From: Macrostomum lignano
Taxonomy: Eukaryota
Direction of reading: 5' to 3'
DNA length: 21,491 nt
Assembly (NCBI GenBank): GCA_002269645.1
Contig: NIVC01005205.1
Location: forward strand, 1 to 21,491
A model generated the notes under the pieces. It ran no database searches and had not been told where the DNA came from. It worked only from the letters and a program-made list of their open reading frames with translations. How positions within the stretch are numbered: position 1 is the first letter of the stretch; each line of letters starts with the position of its first letter. Made by a program: the position numbers and the translations under genes. Positions 21,282-21,491 of this stretch are shown piece by piece.

Positions 21282-21491
21282 TGCCGCCTCCCCAGTCTTT
21301 GTCTTTGATAGGCCGCCTTCCCCAGTCCTATCTTTAATATGCCGCTTTCCCCAGTCCTTATCTTTGATATGCCGCCTTCCCCAGTCCTTATCTTTGATAT
21401 GCCGCCTTTTTTATCTTTCCCAGTCCTTATCTTTGATATGCCGCCTTCCCCAGCTTATCTTTGATATGCCGCCTTCCCAGTCCTTATCTTT
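21282..21491. repeat. Intronic ~30-bp minisatellite (GCCGCCTTCCCCAGTCCTTATCTTTGATAT), truncated by the window end
   Basis: Direct tandem repetition, ~6-7 copies. Confidence 0.92.

Overview
This is eukaryotic (animal) genomic DNA. About 30% of it is simple or tandem repeat, in about 11 arrays: GATA, GACA, GAGAG, GAGAAT, GCTAAT, and 21-, 24-, 29/30-, 30-, 32- and 50-bp minisatellites. Two spliced genes are recognisable. On the minus strand there is an exon of a MAP7/ensconsin-like microtubule-associated protein (988-1483) with candidate upstream exons. On the plus strand there is a LEM2/MAN1-type inner nuclear membrane gene: a LEM exon at 17594-17758, a nucleoplasmic plus TM1 exon at 19527-20275, and a lumenal MSC plus TM2 exon at 20726-21251; it continues past the window. 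Both genes carry apparent frameshifts (at least five). Each can be repaired by restoring 1-2 nt in a short homopolymer or dinucleotide run, which points to long-read consensus error rather than biology. The non-coding DNA holds several palindromic or foldback elements: a 178-bp MITE with an 8-bp TSD, a 61-bp-arm foldback, and a recurrent CCATAGAC motif. There is also an orphan plus-strand exon directly preceded by an ~790-bp array of branch-point-like hexamers. GC-rich, Ala-run-rich exons among large SSR arrays would fit a Macrostomum-like flatworm, but that is inference. No prokaryotic system, CRISPR array, rRNA or tRNA is supported, and I found no clear novel multi-gene system. Most long ORFs in the supplied track are repeat artefacts.
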